Source: Hypanus sabinus (lineage: Eukaryota). Taken from it: a stretch of 64,000 nt of DNA. Below the pieces are notes generated by a model. The model had not been told where the DNA came from. It saw nothing but the letters and a program-made list of their open reading frames with translations, and searched no databases. The translations under genes were made by a program, and so were the position numbers. The stretch lies in contig NC_082731.1 in assembly GCF_030144855.1 (NCBI RefSeq), positions 21,328,001 through 21,392,000 on the forward strand. Direction: 5' to 3'. Below, one piece after another: positions 39,688 through 52,003 of this stretch. Numbering within the stretch: position 1 is the stretch's first letter; each line of letters begins with the position of its first letter.

Positions 39688-41639
39688 TTTTTTTTGTCCT
39701 ATTCTGGACGTGCTAATCTATCAACCCGTACAAGGTATACGACACCCATATCCCGTATATACATGTAATAATCAAAAAAACATGTCAAGTATTTTAGTCC
39801 AAATCTCATCCTCCACGTTCTAACTACCCTGTGATTTAAATAAAGTTACGCTCATGTTCCATTTGAACGTTTTAATATGCATTCTTCACAAATGAGCTCT
39901 TATCGTCGTCCCACACAAATTTAGTTAAAAAGCCTGTCTGAATTTCCCTATCGATCACCTATACTTGATAAAATCTCTTCTCAGTCTTCCACATTCTAGG
40001 GAAAAAATATATAACCTATTCAATTAGTCCGCATAAACCAGTTCCTTAATCCCTGTATGTTAATTGTAGATTATCCCGATACTCTTTCAAATGTTAATAC
40101 CTATTCCCCCTAGGCTGGTGATGTGGACTATACGCGAAATTCGAATTGAAGCCTCAATAACGTCTCACCGTAACTTCAAACGTCTCAACAGCTGTACACA
40201 ATACACTGCTGTAAATTAATTATTAACCTGTATTTCCAGATCATTTTGTTTTACTTCACCCCTCCTTGCTCTAGTTTCTGTTTAAGATGACTGTTCCACC
40301 CATCTAACATGCAATGTATTTAGCTGTAACTGGTGTTATATTCACTGACTTATAATTTCATGGCTTAGTCTAGACCATCTCCTAAAGAGTGGAACAAAAT
40401 TAGCTATTCTCTATTCCTCCTCTGGGAACTCACTTATCTTTACGGCTGTCTTAGATATAAATAAGCTCATCTTGGGCTTCAAAAGAGACACAGGCATGGA
40501 TTTTAAAAGATGTTTCAATTAAAGTCTCTGACATCCTTCTAAATATGAAGCAGATGCAGGTCTATTCCGGTAAGTTTATATATTCCGTTCGTCCGTCCTT
40601 CTTAATTGGTCAGTCCTCTACCAATCAGGTTTCCGCTGTCCTACGTTGTTAATGTTCTTATTTTGCCCAGGCTTATTTCAATGGCATTCTTAAGCAGGCG
40701 GTCCTAAACACGACTGACGTATCAGATTATATTCGTGCCATCGAAATCAATCCAATGTCCATTGCATACGCAATGTTCTACTGCAGCTGTTTTCAACCCA
40801 ATCAAATGCAGCTCCGAAGGCGCTTCATCTGGCTTTCCAACTAAAATACCATTTACTAATATACGCTGCTTCCCATTCACAGTGAATCCCGGAAACGTCT
40901 GCAGTCTGTCGCAAGACATTTTTGATTCACTTGCGTAGCGTATTGAGATTCTTCACGGATTTGCGGATGGAATTACGGCAATGTTTCATCAGGATGCTGG
41001 CGATCCTTCAAGAAACAGTGCAAATTTTGGCCAGACGGTAGAAAACCACATCAAGTAGCATAGGAGATGGTAGCATTTGCGCTAGCCAGAGAAGTCTGCA
41101 ATAGGAGGACATTGCTGACACAAAGGCCGTAAGATTCATTTCCACTGCACAGAAGCTCTGTCACATGCTAATGTTTTTTGGGGACAGATGGTGAAGGAAG
41201 TCGTATAATTGAAACTAAAAAAAAATATTTTAAACAAAGGCGTAGATCACCCACTAAGTAAGAAGTGGAATTCCATTATTATCAAGGTGCAGCAGCGAAA
41301 CATGATCGGTTGATGACTAAAATATCAGGATCGAAGGACGACGGGAGTAAATATCCCACCCGACTAAACGGCAGTTGGATGCCAACGAAGTGTTTATTCG
41401 TCAGTTAAGCCAAGAAAGCAATAGCTCCATCTTCATGATTTAAATATGCGCCTCTGAATTTTTCTGCACATGCCTATGCAGGATTTGGCTGAACAATTTG
41501 TCAGCCACTGGAAATTTGACCATTCTAATTTATTTCAAGACTGCAAGCACTTCCTGCTCTGTAATGCTTGTAACGTGTACAACCACGCTCCTTATTCAGC
41601 TCACTTCAATAGACTGTTTGAGAGGCAGGAGCCCAAGGT

Positions 41640-44290
41640 ATTAATTCTCCTGAATACTGTCTTTGCCACTCGACGGTGAGAATATGAATAGGATGAAGCG
41701 TAATAAATGCGAAGCTGAGGGATTGGGGCAGGGGGCAACGATTCAGATTTCTGGATACTTGGTTCCTCTTTTGGGGCAGATGTGACCAGGACAAACAAGA
41801 CGGGTTACACTTGAATCCCAGGGAACCAATATCCTGGCGAGGAAGATTGTTAAGGCTACTGGGGAGAGTTTAAACCAGAATTGTTGGGGTGAGAACCGAA
41901 CTGAAGACATTGAGTAAGAGGAGGTTGGTTGGCAAATAGAGAAAGTTTCTAGACTGTCCGAGAGGGGGGATGGGTAGGTAATGGAGAAGGGTTGCGCTCA
42001 AATCGAATTTTTGAGATGTGTATATTTTAAGGCAAGGAGTGCTGTGAACAAAGCGGATGAGCTTAGAGCGTGAATCTGTACTTGCAAATATCATGTGGTG
42101 GCCATTACAGAGACTTGGATGGTTCAGGGACTGGAATGGTTACTTTACGTGCCGGATTTAGATGTTTCAGAAGGGAGAGTGAGGTAGACAAATGAGGTAG
42201 ACTCGCATCACTGTTGAACAGAAATAGAGTCACAGCTGCAGAAAAGGTGGACGCCAAGGAGATATTGTCTATGGAGGCTCTGTGTGTGGAGATAGGAACG
42301 AGAAAGGGGTCAATAACTTTACTGGGTGTTTTTATAGGCCGCCCAATAGTAACAAGTAACCGGAACAGATAGGGAAACAGATCCTGGAGAGGTGTAATAA
42401 TAAACGAGTTGTCGTGATGGGAGTTTTTAATTTCACAAATATCGGTTTGCATTTTCCTAGAGCAAGTTTGAAAAACGTTTACTTGCAGTATGGGGAATAT
42501 GGGGTATGGAAAAGCACGTAAGAAATTTGGCACATATTCACGGAATATCTTTGTGGTGTTCTGTATAAGTACGTTCCAATCAGACAGGGAAGTTATCGTA
42601 GAGTACAGGAACAGTGGTATACAGAGGTTGTAATAAATATAGCCAGGAAGGAACGGAAGTCTTACAAAAGATTCAGGGAGCGAGGTAATGATAGAGATCT
42701 AGCAGATTATAAGGCTACTAGGAAGGAGTTTAAGAATGAAATTAGGACAGCCAGAAGGGAACATGAGAAGATCTTGGCGGGCAGGATTAAGGAAAACCCC
42801 AAGGCATTCTACAAGGACGTGAAGAGGAAAAAATAAGGCGTGAAAAATTAGGGACTATGAAGCCTGGCAGTGGGAAATTGTGCATCGAAATGGAGGAAGA
42901 GCAGAGACTCTTAATGAAAACTGTACTTCAGTATTCACTAAGGAAAAGGATCTTGGGGATTATAGTGATGACTTTCAGCAGACTGAAGACTTTGAGCAGG
43001 TAGATATTAAGAAAGATAAAAGAGCTAAGAAGATCATTGGTGTCTCTCTTGCCGCCATCATGGATAATTACACAGCATGCTGCATCCGCAAGGGAAACAC
43101 AATTATGGAACACATTGATGGAGGACGAGCAGTAGATGTAGTGTATATGGATGTCAGCTAGACATTTGATAAGGTATCCTATGCAAGGCTTATTAATAAA
43201 GTAAAGAAGGATGGGATCCAATGGAACATTGCTCTGTGGATCCCGAACTGGTTTGCCCACAGAAGGAAAAGTGTAGATTGTAAATGGGTTATATTCTGCA
43301 TGGAAGTCGGCCACCTGTGGGGTGCCTTAGGAATCTGTTCTGGAACACTTACACTTCGCGATTTTTTAAAATATAAATGAACTGGATGAGGAAGTTGAAT
43401 GATGGTTTGATAAGTTTGCTGATGACACAAAGGTTGGAGTTGTTGTGGATAGCGTGGGGGGCTGGCAGTGATTATAGCGGGACATTGATTGGATGCAAAG
43501 CTGGACTGAGAAGTGCCAGATGGAGTTCAACACTGATATGTGTGAAATGTTTCATTTTGATAGGAGAAATATAATAAAAGAATATTGTATCAATAGTAAG
43601 AATCTTGGCAGTGTGAAGAATCTGAGGGTTTTTGGGTTTCGAGTTCTTAGGCCGGTCAAAGTAGCTGCGCAGGTTGCCTCTGTGTTTTAAAAAAACCGTA
43701 CACTGTATTGGCGTTCATTAATCGCGGAATGGAATTTAGGAGTTAAGAGGTAATGTTGCAGCTATATTGGAACCTGGTCAGACCTCACTTGTAGTACTGT
43801 GCTCACTTCCGGTCGCCTCACTACAGGAAGGAAGTGGAAGCCATACAAAGAAAACAAAGGAGATTTACAAGAATAGTGCATGGATTGGGGAGCATACTTT
43901 ATGAAGATAGCTTGAGTGAACTCGGCCTTTTCTCCTTCGAGCGACGGAGGATAAGAGTTGACTTGAAAGAGGTGTATGGGGTGACAAAGAGGCATCGATC
44001 GTGTGGATAGTCAGAGGGGTTTACCTGGTGTTGAAATGGATGCCAGAAATGACACAGGTTTAAGTTGCTGGGGAGTAGGTACAGTGAAGTCAAGAGTGTG
44101 TTTATTTACTCAGAGAGTGGTAAGTGCGTGGAATGGGCTGCCGCCAACGGTGGTGGAAACGAATACGATAGGGTCTTTTCAGACACTTTGAGATAGGTAC
44201 ATGGAGCATTAAAAAAAGAGGGCTATAGGTAAGCCCAGTAATTTCTAAGGTACGGCATGTTCCACACTACTTTGTGGGTCAAACGTATTG
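41640..44290 (+). mobile_element. CR1 LINE (end of ORF1, endonuclease, RT, 3' UTR), internally deleted
   Basis: Endonuclease-type remnants; GRAVDVVYMD, KFADDT and LFTQRVVSAWNGLP; tail TTTCTATATTTCTATGTTTCTA. A short Rex1-like piece sits at ~43025-43110. Confidence 0.85.
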
Positions 44291-45446
44291 TATTGACCTG
44301 TAGGTTTTCTATATTTCTATGTTTCTAGATTGTCCTTAAACGAGGTAAGTACGGACGAAAAATGTACATAAATTAAATAAAAATCAGCTTGATCTCCCCC
44401 ATCTATTGTGCCTCCACCCGTGTTGTCAATCTGTTTTTCCCGAAGCCCAATGTTATCTTGGCAAATGTTTAACTCTTCGTTTCTGTGAAGATGTCCTGAG
44501 GATGATGCTTTCCCTTCTCTGCAACAATAACTTAATGTCTTTTAACAACTGAACTTGATCTTTTCCTAAGCGTTATTTTACATTTTCTATACACCTTAGG
44601 GTATCTCATTTATTCCTACCTGCTGATGCCTGTGATGAACCTGATTTTTTTTCTGAACAAGGTCTTCAATATCTCTGAAAAGTAAGGGTCGGTGAATGTG
44701 TTTTTAAAAATTCAGACAGCTCTATGTAAATATTGTACTCGAAGCATGTGACTTTTTGAAGGCCTTCTATTTACCAAATTCCCCTTTGCCAGAAATGAAT
44801 CCTACTTCACGTAATAGTTGCAACATCCTCATTCACACCTTCAGAATTGACCTTTTTCCAGATTAGGATATTAACCAGTGACCTGAAGTATCATTTCAAT
44901 AATTCCCTTGTACATAATGGCATTATGATCACTAAATGCAGAGTTCCCCAACACAAAGCTTTGTGAGCTGCCATATATCATTCCCAAACAACTCATTTGA
45001 TGTCTTACTCGATGTCAATGGACACCATCTCCTTTCAATCGATCTCTTAACTGACTGCCATTCCTTCTCAAAGGTAATAATAGTCTGCACTATTGTCTCC
45101 TTTATCAGGTGCACGATCCTTCTACAGAAACACCAGACAAGTAGCTAAAATACCAAATAAACATTATCCGGTGATCTCTGTTTGGTATCAAACAATACTT
45201 CTATAAACTCTGTCTCATGGCATGGATTATTAAATCTATTTAGGAAAGTTTCATGATCAAGAGAGCGTGCAATACCGTCCCCAGCTCTATGGGATATTAT
45301 ATATGCTTGCCGAAAGGGAAGGATTATTTGCTAATGTAATCAGTGAGGGGTAAATTTGTTTGAAGATATCGTACGTGATATGTTTTAACACAGTCTCCCT
45401 CCGCTTAATTCTTGTAGCACTCATGCAAGTAGATGTAGTTTAACAG

Positions 45447-45727
45447 GCATAGCCATTCGAAACTAAGTGGAGGACTTCCACGTCCATTATAATCATACTG
45501 AATCGAATATTTATTTACACTCCTGCAGTCAACATCGCAGCGCGGACGCAGAAATTCTGCAAGAGAAAAACAAACAATTTCACTGAGACGAAAGGGAACA
45601 ATGCAGGGTTCAGACCTGGCTCCATAATTGCAGTAGCAATATACTCAATTTTCGAGTCAAACGGTTCTATTGGTTGTTTCTGAAACCACCTTGCCAGACT
45701 CGGCCCTGCATTATTGCACCGTCAATT
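45447..45727 (+). pseudogene. TCR V pseudogene convergent with the intact V
   Basis: The 3' end reads SQTVLLVVSETTLPDSALHYCTVN (FR3 with conserved Cys) and is followed immediately by an RSS. Acceptor TTTAACAG lies 281 nt upstream. The 5' part has stops and frameshifts, with a decayed FR2 (IYLHSCSQH, resembling YLHWYRQH). Confidence 0.75.
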
Positions 45728-45766
45728 CACAGACAGAATAAGTGCCGCTGAGTGCGTACAAGAAAC
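45728..45766 (+). promoter_or_regulatory. Recombination signal sequence, 23-bp spacer, of the plus-strand V pseudogene
   Basis: CACAGAC (45728-45734), exactly 23 nt, then ACAAGAAAC (45758-45766). Confidence 0.8.
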
Positions 45767-45808
45767 CGTTATGGTATCGGAAACGGATGCAGCTGTAAAG
45801 ATTAGAAA

Positions 45809-45847
45809 GGTTTTTGTGCGGGGACCGTCGCTTTCTCTCGGACTGTG
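45809..45847 (-). promoter_or_regulatory. Recombination signal sequence, 23-bp spacer, of the intact V
   Basis: Minus strand: heptamer CACAGTC (45847-45841), 23-nt spacer, perfect nonamer ACAAAAACC (45817-45809). Confidence 0.95.
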
Positions 45848-46137
45848 CGGATCTATTGCGCAATAATAGACGGTTGTGTCTGCGACCTCGATTCGTTCGA
45901 TAGTAAACAGGCCACGACTACTCGCAGTGGAGAGGACAATTTTAAAGCGACCATTGTTTTCTCTCCCAGTAGTTCGACGTTTTATAATGTACTCCGGCCT
46001 CTGTTCGGATTTCTGTCGATACCACGTCATGGCAAACAAGTTGGATGTGGCGTAGGTGCAGTTAATCTGCACGGAGTCGCCGCTTAAACCTGTTATATCA
46101 GACGGAGACTGCAGCACGAGGTCCGAGAAACATCGGT
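45848..46137 (-). CDS. TRAV: T-cell receptor variable segment exon (alpha/delta type, apparently functional)
   Basis: Open frame (Y)RCFS-DLVLQSPSDITGLSGDSVQINC-TYATSNLFAMT-WYRQKSEQRPEYII-KRRTTGRENNGRFKIVLSTASSRGLFTIERIEVADTTVYYC-AIDP. Has both canonical Cys, the WYRQ and D-x-x-x-Y-Y-C motifs, and is followed directly by a 23-RSS. Alpha versus delta cannot be settled by eye. Confidence 0.93.
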
Positions 46138-46232
46138 CTGTAAAAAAAACGCCGAAGTGCATCAGCTGATACGGTATTAAACAACAGGGGCAGAAACGAC
46201 GTGGGTGATTGTGCAATATCCTCTAAACTTAC

Positions 46233-46287
46233 AGATGAACATTTCCAGGCAAAAGTGAAGCAGGTTCACCCGCTTCGAGTAGATCAT
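46233..46287 (-). CDS. TRAV: TCR V gene, leader (signal peptide) exon
   Basis: Minus strand ATG ATC TAC ... TTC ATC T|GTAAGT encodes MIYSKRVNLLHFCLEMFI plus 1 nt. Consensus GTAAGT donor; the 95-bp phase-1 intron (46232-46138) ends in TTTTTTTTACAG and joins in frame to the V exon (T+AC = Tyr). Confidence 0.85.
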
Positions 46288-46329
46288 TCTCGTAATTACC
46301 GTGTTCTGGGGTAATCTACAGCCTCACAG

Positions 46330-46412
46330 TAAATTTCCTGATTCAAAGCATGAGAGTTTTTGAGCGAGTCGCAGCTCAGCTGAGGATCAGATTCCAGCAC
46401 AGGGATTGGCTG
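46330..46412 (-). promoter_or_regulatory. Putative proximal promoter of the intact V
   Basis: ETS-like CAGGAAAT (46340-46333) and CCAAT (46409-46405) lie 45-125 nt upstream of the leader ATG. Short motifs that could occur by chance. Confidence 0.25.
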
Positions 46413-47359
46413 CTGATACTCAATGTTTGCCCGTGACATAGAGATTGCTTTAGACTTGCGTAGGCGTGGTCAAGTGAACAAGCATATCAAGAATTGCATA
46501 AAGCACACACTACCTTTGCATGAACTGCTCAGATACTCTCAACATTTGGTGTTATTTAGGAATGACAAGGCTGCAGACGTATATTCAAGGTGTTGTGGGC
46601 TAATACAAGAGATGATCGGTGGAATTTGTTTTCTGAAGAGTAATATGTCACTGGAAATAACAGATGTGCGTAGTCTATGAAAGATATATATTTAGTTATT
46701 TTGAAGACTGACTGTCGCTTTACCGTGTTTAGTTTAGACACCGCAGCTGTTTTCTTTTCTCATTGTTTATTCGCAGTGAGCACCTCCTGTATCACTTGCG
46801 AAAAATTCATACCAGATAGAAAAATATTTGATATGATAGCCCTCTCTCCAAACCAATACGGGCCAACAGTACCCACCGTCGGGGGAATTAGCCAGCAGTT
46901 TCATCCTCTTCGAGGAGCGAAAGCTGGGAGGAACTGGAATGGATAGTGTAAGGTACACTGAAAATCACTGAAGAAACAGAGGTCAGAGAACTCAACGCAA
47001 TGAACTAGCTGTTTTAAGTGATCGATCAGAAAAAAACAGCGGTCGTCTATGTGGTTATTTAGGACATGGGATGAGGCGGTTTAAGGATGTTTTCTTCTCC
47101 AATAAAGAGGTGGTGTGCTTTAGGTAGCCATCACATCACACAATTAATAACACTCTTCCAGTTCTCCTTGCATCCACGGCGTACAATACACCATGATGCG
47201 TTCGGTTTACGAATCAGTTAAATGTACGTGCTATCCTCTTACGTTCTACAATGAAAATTCACAGAGAATATGGAAGACTGTACAGTGAGGTACTAAAGCC
47301 CTACGCCAGTGGGCTCTTATCAAAGAAATATACTACGGTGACTGCGTTCCGAAAGAAAA

Positions 47360-48470
47360 CATAAGAACATAAGAAAATAAGAGATAGGAGCATGAGTAGG
47401 CCAATCGGCCCCTCAAGCCTGCTCCGCCATTCAACAAGATCATGGCTTATCCAGTCTTAACTAGTTATCACCGAATCCCACAAGGCAACAGTACCAATCA
47501 ACAGGGCACCATGCAGCCCATTTTATTTTACTATTCATCCCGCCCAAACCCATGTGATCACCCGGGAGTGGGGGGTGGGGAAACGATTTGTCAATTGAGG
47601 AGAAAAAAATCTGGAAAATTCCTCTCCAACCTATCCAGGCTATCGAAAACTGGCCCAGGAGATCACATGGCTGATCTAAACCTAGCCTCATGTCCACTTA
47701 CCTGCTCGCTCACCGTATCCCCTAATGCCATTTTTATCCAGGAAAATGTCTATCTCCGTTTTGAATTTATTCAGTGTAGTAGCTTCCACAGCTCTCTGGG
47801 CAGTAAATTCCACAGCCCCACTACCGTCTGAGTGAAGAAATTTCTCCTCATCTCAGTCCTGGAACGGCATCCCCTTATTTTAAGATTATGCCCCCTAGTC
47901 CTAGATTCACCCATCTTTGGGAACATTCTCCCCGCATCCACCCGATCAAGCCCATTCACAATATTATATGATTCAATAAGATCGCCTCTCATTCTGATGA
48001 ACTCCAATGAGTAGAGGCCCAATCTACTCAACCTCTCATCATACATCAACCCACCCATACCCGGAATTAACCTAGTGAACCTTCTCTGCACTGCCTCGAG
48101 AGCCAGTATGTCCTTTCTTATATATGGACACCAGAACTGCACGCAGTACTCCAAGTGTGGTTTCACCAATACCCGGTACAACTGCAGTAAGACCTCCCTG
48201 TTCTTATACTCCATCCACTAGCAATAAATGCCAGCATTCCATTGGCCTTCTTGACCACCTGCTGCACTTGCATACCAACTTTTTGTGTTTCCTGCACCAG
48301 GACCCCCAGATCGCTTTGCACAGAAGCACTTTCCAGTTTCTCTCCATTTAGATAATAACTCGCTCTATTATTTTTCCTGCCAAATTGCAAGACCTCACAC
48401 TTGTCAGTATTATATTTCTTCTGCCAAATTTCTGCCCAATCTCTCAGCCTATCTATGTCCCCCTGCAGGG
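47360..48470 (-). mobile_element. CR1 LINE 3' portion, well preserved
   Basis: ORF 48214-47771 (HLEYCVQFWCP...RNFFTQTVVGLWNLLP); (AACATAAG)n-type tail at ~47360-47385. Confidence 0.92.
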
Positions 48471-50160
48471 TTTCAATGTATTAAAACATTGCATTAAATC
48501 CAGAAATGGCAGAACAGGTTTATAATACGACAGTGTTCTTATTCATCCAATAGAAAAAGGTGTTTTCGTTGAACGTAACAGCTATTTCTCATCCTCTAAG
48601 TCAGCGATTCAATTATTATAAAGTTTTCAGATACATAGAGGAGGGTGCACACTAGTATGGAAGTTTGATAAGAAGCATCGGAGTGGGAGATTCTGCATAC
48701 ACTGGAAACTATAGTGACGGCTTTTCTGAAAGATAGTTTCACTGGAGCAGTTAAGTGTGTACCCCACCCTGATCCACTATGCCACATGCTAGAAATACTA
48801 TTAGCAAGTAGCAATAACAAACTGTTGAGGGATATGTGTCATTCTTCAAGTCCTCTGCAGATTAGGATTCATTTGTCCTCTGGTAGGTTCCTCGCATTCT
48901 ATTATGTGTTCCAAGCAAACGTTATCCCATAGACATCAACAACACAGGGAATCAGGAGTGGCTAGGTCATTTCTGTAGCAGGGAAGGGCTTGTTTGAACC
49001 ATTTCCTTCTTCCCTGTATGTGTGAATGATTCCGATGCGTATCAATGTAAGATCTTGTCACACGCGGCAGTTTGCTGTTGTGTGTGCATGCGGTCTTGGA
49101 TTTTCAGAGAATCCTTGAATGCGTTGGTTCCCGGCCAGTTGTTTTTACTTATCAGTTAGTCTCTGGTAAATCTTGTTTCTTTGTTAGAAATTTACTGTAA
49201 GAAATTGTCTTTGTTAGAAATTTACTGTTATTGTTAGAAATTTAAAACTGTGTTTTAAGTTACAGCACTTTCCACAGGAAGTTTCAAAGTAAAACATCAT
49301 TCCGGGTTTTGTGATTTGTGTTTTGTGCTTAATCTGTTAATGTGTTTTTTGTTTCTGTTTTGTCATTTACCTTATTTGTTGTTTCCTAATCTTTCTCCTA
49401 ATCTCCTAACCGTTTACCTCTTAGTTGTATCTTAATAAGTTACCTTTCTACTTGTTTCCCATGAAGCTGGCATTAAGGTTGACTGATTTCATATGAAACT
49501 TGAGAGGAAGTTTGGTAGAAGTTTGGCCAGCATTACTTTGCATATGCGCTGCTCACATTTTAGAGGGAATTGGGCATTTCGGGAGTAATTCTAATATATA
49601 TGTTGTTTCTGTGTTTTCTGAATATCCTGTGAATCATCCTGAGCGAAGTGCATTTGTATCTCCCTACATTACAGCTTAGATAATGTTGTCTTGTGTTGGG
49701 AGAATCCTGATATAGTGGCCCGCGGGTAAGCTTTGAACATACACGCTGAACCAAAGGGACAGACTACTGAAATTCTATGATGACTCTTTACAATTTTACG
49801 GAAGGGATGCCACTGACATTGGTCCATTGAACGAAGAAAATACAGTGGGGGTACTTTATCTGTCTTCTCGGATTTTGACTCTGGGGGACTTTGGAGGGAG
49901 TATTCTATTCTAGCCAAGCTCATCAGAGGACGCTAACATTTTCCACGCACGATACTGGACACGTGACACCTCTCTTTTAGTCACAGTAATCACTTTATTG
50001 TCAGACCCTGTTTTATCCCTGCTCGTAATACTTTGAAGGTCATTATTTTTATATTTTACTTATACATTTCCAATTAGCCATTGCTTCCTTTCAGAACTAA
50101 TGCTATACTTTGCCCTTCAGTAACGTTTTGAGCTTTCATATCGTCAAATCTCTCTTGACT

Positions 50161-50218
50161 CTTAAATGTATACCCTGACTCTTAAATGTATACCCTGACC
50201 CTTAAATGTATACCCTGA
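50161..50218. repeat. 20-bp tandem repeat, three copies
   Basis: CTTAAATGTATACCCTGA(CT/CC/TC) repeated three times. Confidence 0.95.
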
Positions 50219-50834
50219 TCGCTGGGAGGTAATTCGGTATTTTACGTGAAGCTTCACCAGTTGGCGTCAACAAACGATACAAATACAAGAACAAAGAAAC
50301 CGCTCTTCCGATGTATGTTAAAAAAAAACTAATATGAAGAGAAATATGCAATTTTCCTCATAAAAAATAACACATCCGACTCATAATCATACAGAAATGT
50401 ATACCATTTAATAAGAGTTCTGCAACGTTAAATACGACACCAGTACTTCCGTTTTCAAAAGTCTCGCAGAAAATAATGTACGGCATGATGATGTTTTCCA
50501 GCATTTTCTACAATTGCTTCTGGTTTTCTCGTTCAGACATTTTTGTAGGGAAATATTTTTGGGTTTGTCATATCTGTAAAAAATATTCATTCACAGTTTG
50601 TACCCGGAATCATGCTCGCTTGAATAGATTTTAATCTATTATGATGAAGTATTAAGCCAGAGAAATCCAAACTGTGACGCTATTAGGAGATCATCTAAAA
50701 TGCGTTTTACAAAGCCTCTTTCTTTTGGCTACTGCTGACATTTTCTGTGCCTGTTACCTCAATACACCACACCACTGTGTATACATGACTGTACCCTAGC
50801 TCTTCCAGTGGCTTTCTTTTTCCCCATTTGTCGG

Positions 50835-50873
50835 AGTTTTTGTATGAGGCTGCAAATAATAGTTGGTGCCGTG
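50835..50873 (-). promoter_or_regulatory. Recombination signal sequence, 23-bp spacer, of the 51-kb V pseudogene
   Basis: Minus strand CACGGCA (50873-50867), 23 nt, then ACAAAAACT (50843-50835), directly after the ...TGT GCT TTG AAA CA coding end. Confidence 0.75.
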
Positions 50874-51320
50874 TGTTTCAAAGCACAGTGACTCACCTCT
50901 CTGTCAGCCAGTTTCAATCCGTCCAGAGCAAATCTTCATTTATTTTTATTTTTTTTACGTGTCGAGGGATGCGGAAAACGTAGAATTCACTTCTCGTGCT
51001 TTCGATGTAGATCTATAAGATGGGGAGAGGATTAAGAATTGGATGTCAATGTCCTGATACTGATGGTAAAGTTGTAAGGAATGCATATCACTATCGGTTT
51101 AAACGCTGCAACTAATTGTCGCGGAGTCACTTTCAAATCGCTGTATGTTATCAGGTTCCTGAGACACCGTGTTTATAGCCCGGGCAACTGCAGTAATTCA
51201 AATAGTCAGTAATTCAAATAGTGCTTTGTGTCGGTCTCGAAAGTGCGTGAATTATAGAATAAGCTTACGGTTTAAATTCATCAACTAATCACATAACCAA
51301 TGATGTCGCAAACACGTAAT
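50874..51320 (-). pseudogene. TCR V (alpha/delta-type) pseudogene
   Basis: Donor GTAAGC at 51268, 81-bp intron, acceptor TTACTGCAG. Exon 51187-50874 reads (V)ARAINTVSQEPDNIQRFESDSATISCSV*TDSDMHSLQLYHQYQDIDIQFLIL...STFSASLDT*, then frameshifts to RFALDGLKLADREVSHCALK. Both Cys retained; Trp lost; stops present. Confidence 0.85.
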
Positions 51321-51898
51321 GAATGAATTACAGCAGAAAGGGATCATTGGAAAAAAAAATAAGTGTTTTTACTCTTCTTCCGTCAAAAGCAATTAAATGG
51401 AATGGGATTTTCTCGTTTCTTATAGTGCAGTGAAAGTCGGAAAACGAAAACGAGTCTCTGGAAAAACGGCTCACGGACCACTGCTGTCTCCCAAATGTAA
51501 CAGAAATATGAACCGTCTGCAAAATCTCACAGAGAACGACATATAAAACTGCACTTCCGTCAAGACAAGCCTTCAAAGTGTAGTTCCTCTACTGTACCTA
51601 CCCCAATGCGCATGCCATTGCATAAAAGCGAGCAGCAGCACTCCGTGTTTTTCATATATGATATCTGCGCACTTGTGGTGACGTGGTGTCTACATGTGCA
51701 GTGTCCTGTATAGAAAGGCGTCGATTAACTCTAAGCTGGGCTTTAGCAATCTCGGCTTTTCCGTAGATTCAACGAACTGTGGCGAGGATTTCTGGAACTT
51801 GAGATGAGGCAACAACATAAGTTTTGACTGAAAACCCGTGAAACGGGATCTCGAAGTTACTGATTTGATGTGGAATCTCAGGGAAATTAAAACATTAC

Positions 51899-51918
51899 TA
51901 GATAGAAAGATAGATAGG

Positions 51919-51969
<51 letters not shown>

Positions 51970-52003
51970 ACAAATAAATAAATACATAAATCAATCAATC
52001 AAT
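51899..52003. repeat. (GATA)n microsatellite grading into (AAAT)n and (CAAT)n
   Basis: Direct reading. Confidence 0.95.

Noticed and set aside
40670-40920. APKA...LLIYAAS and AMFYC motifs and a CACAGTG at ~40878
   Set aside because: The motifs are in different frames and the wrong order, and there is no nonamer at 12 or 23 nt.
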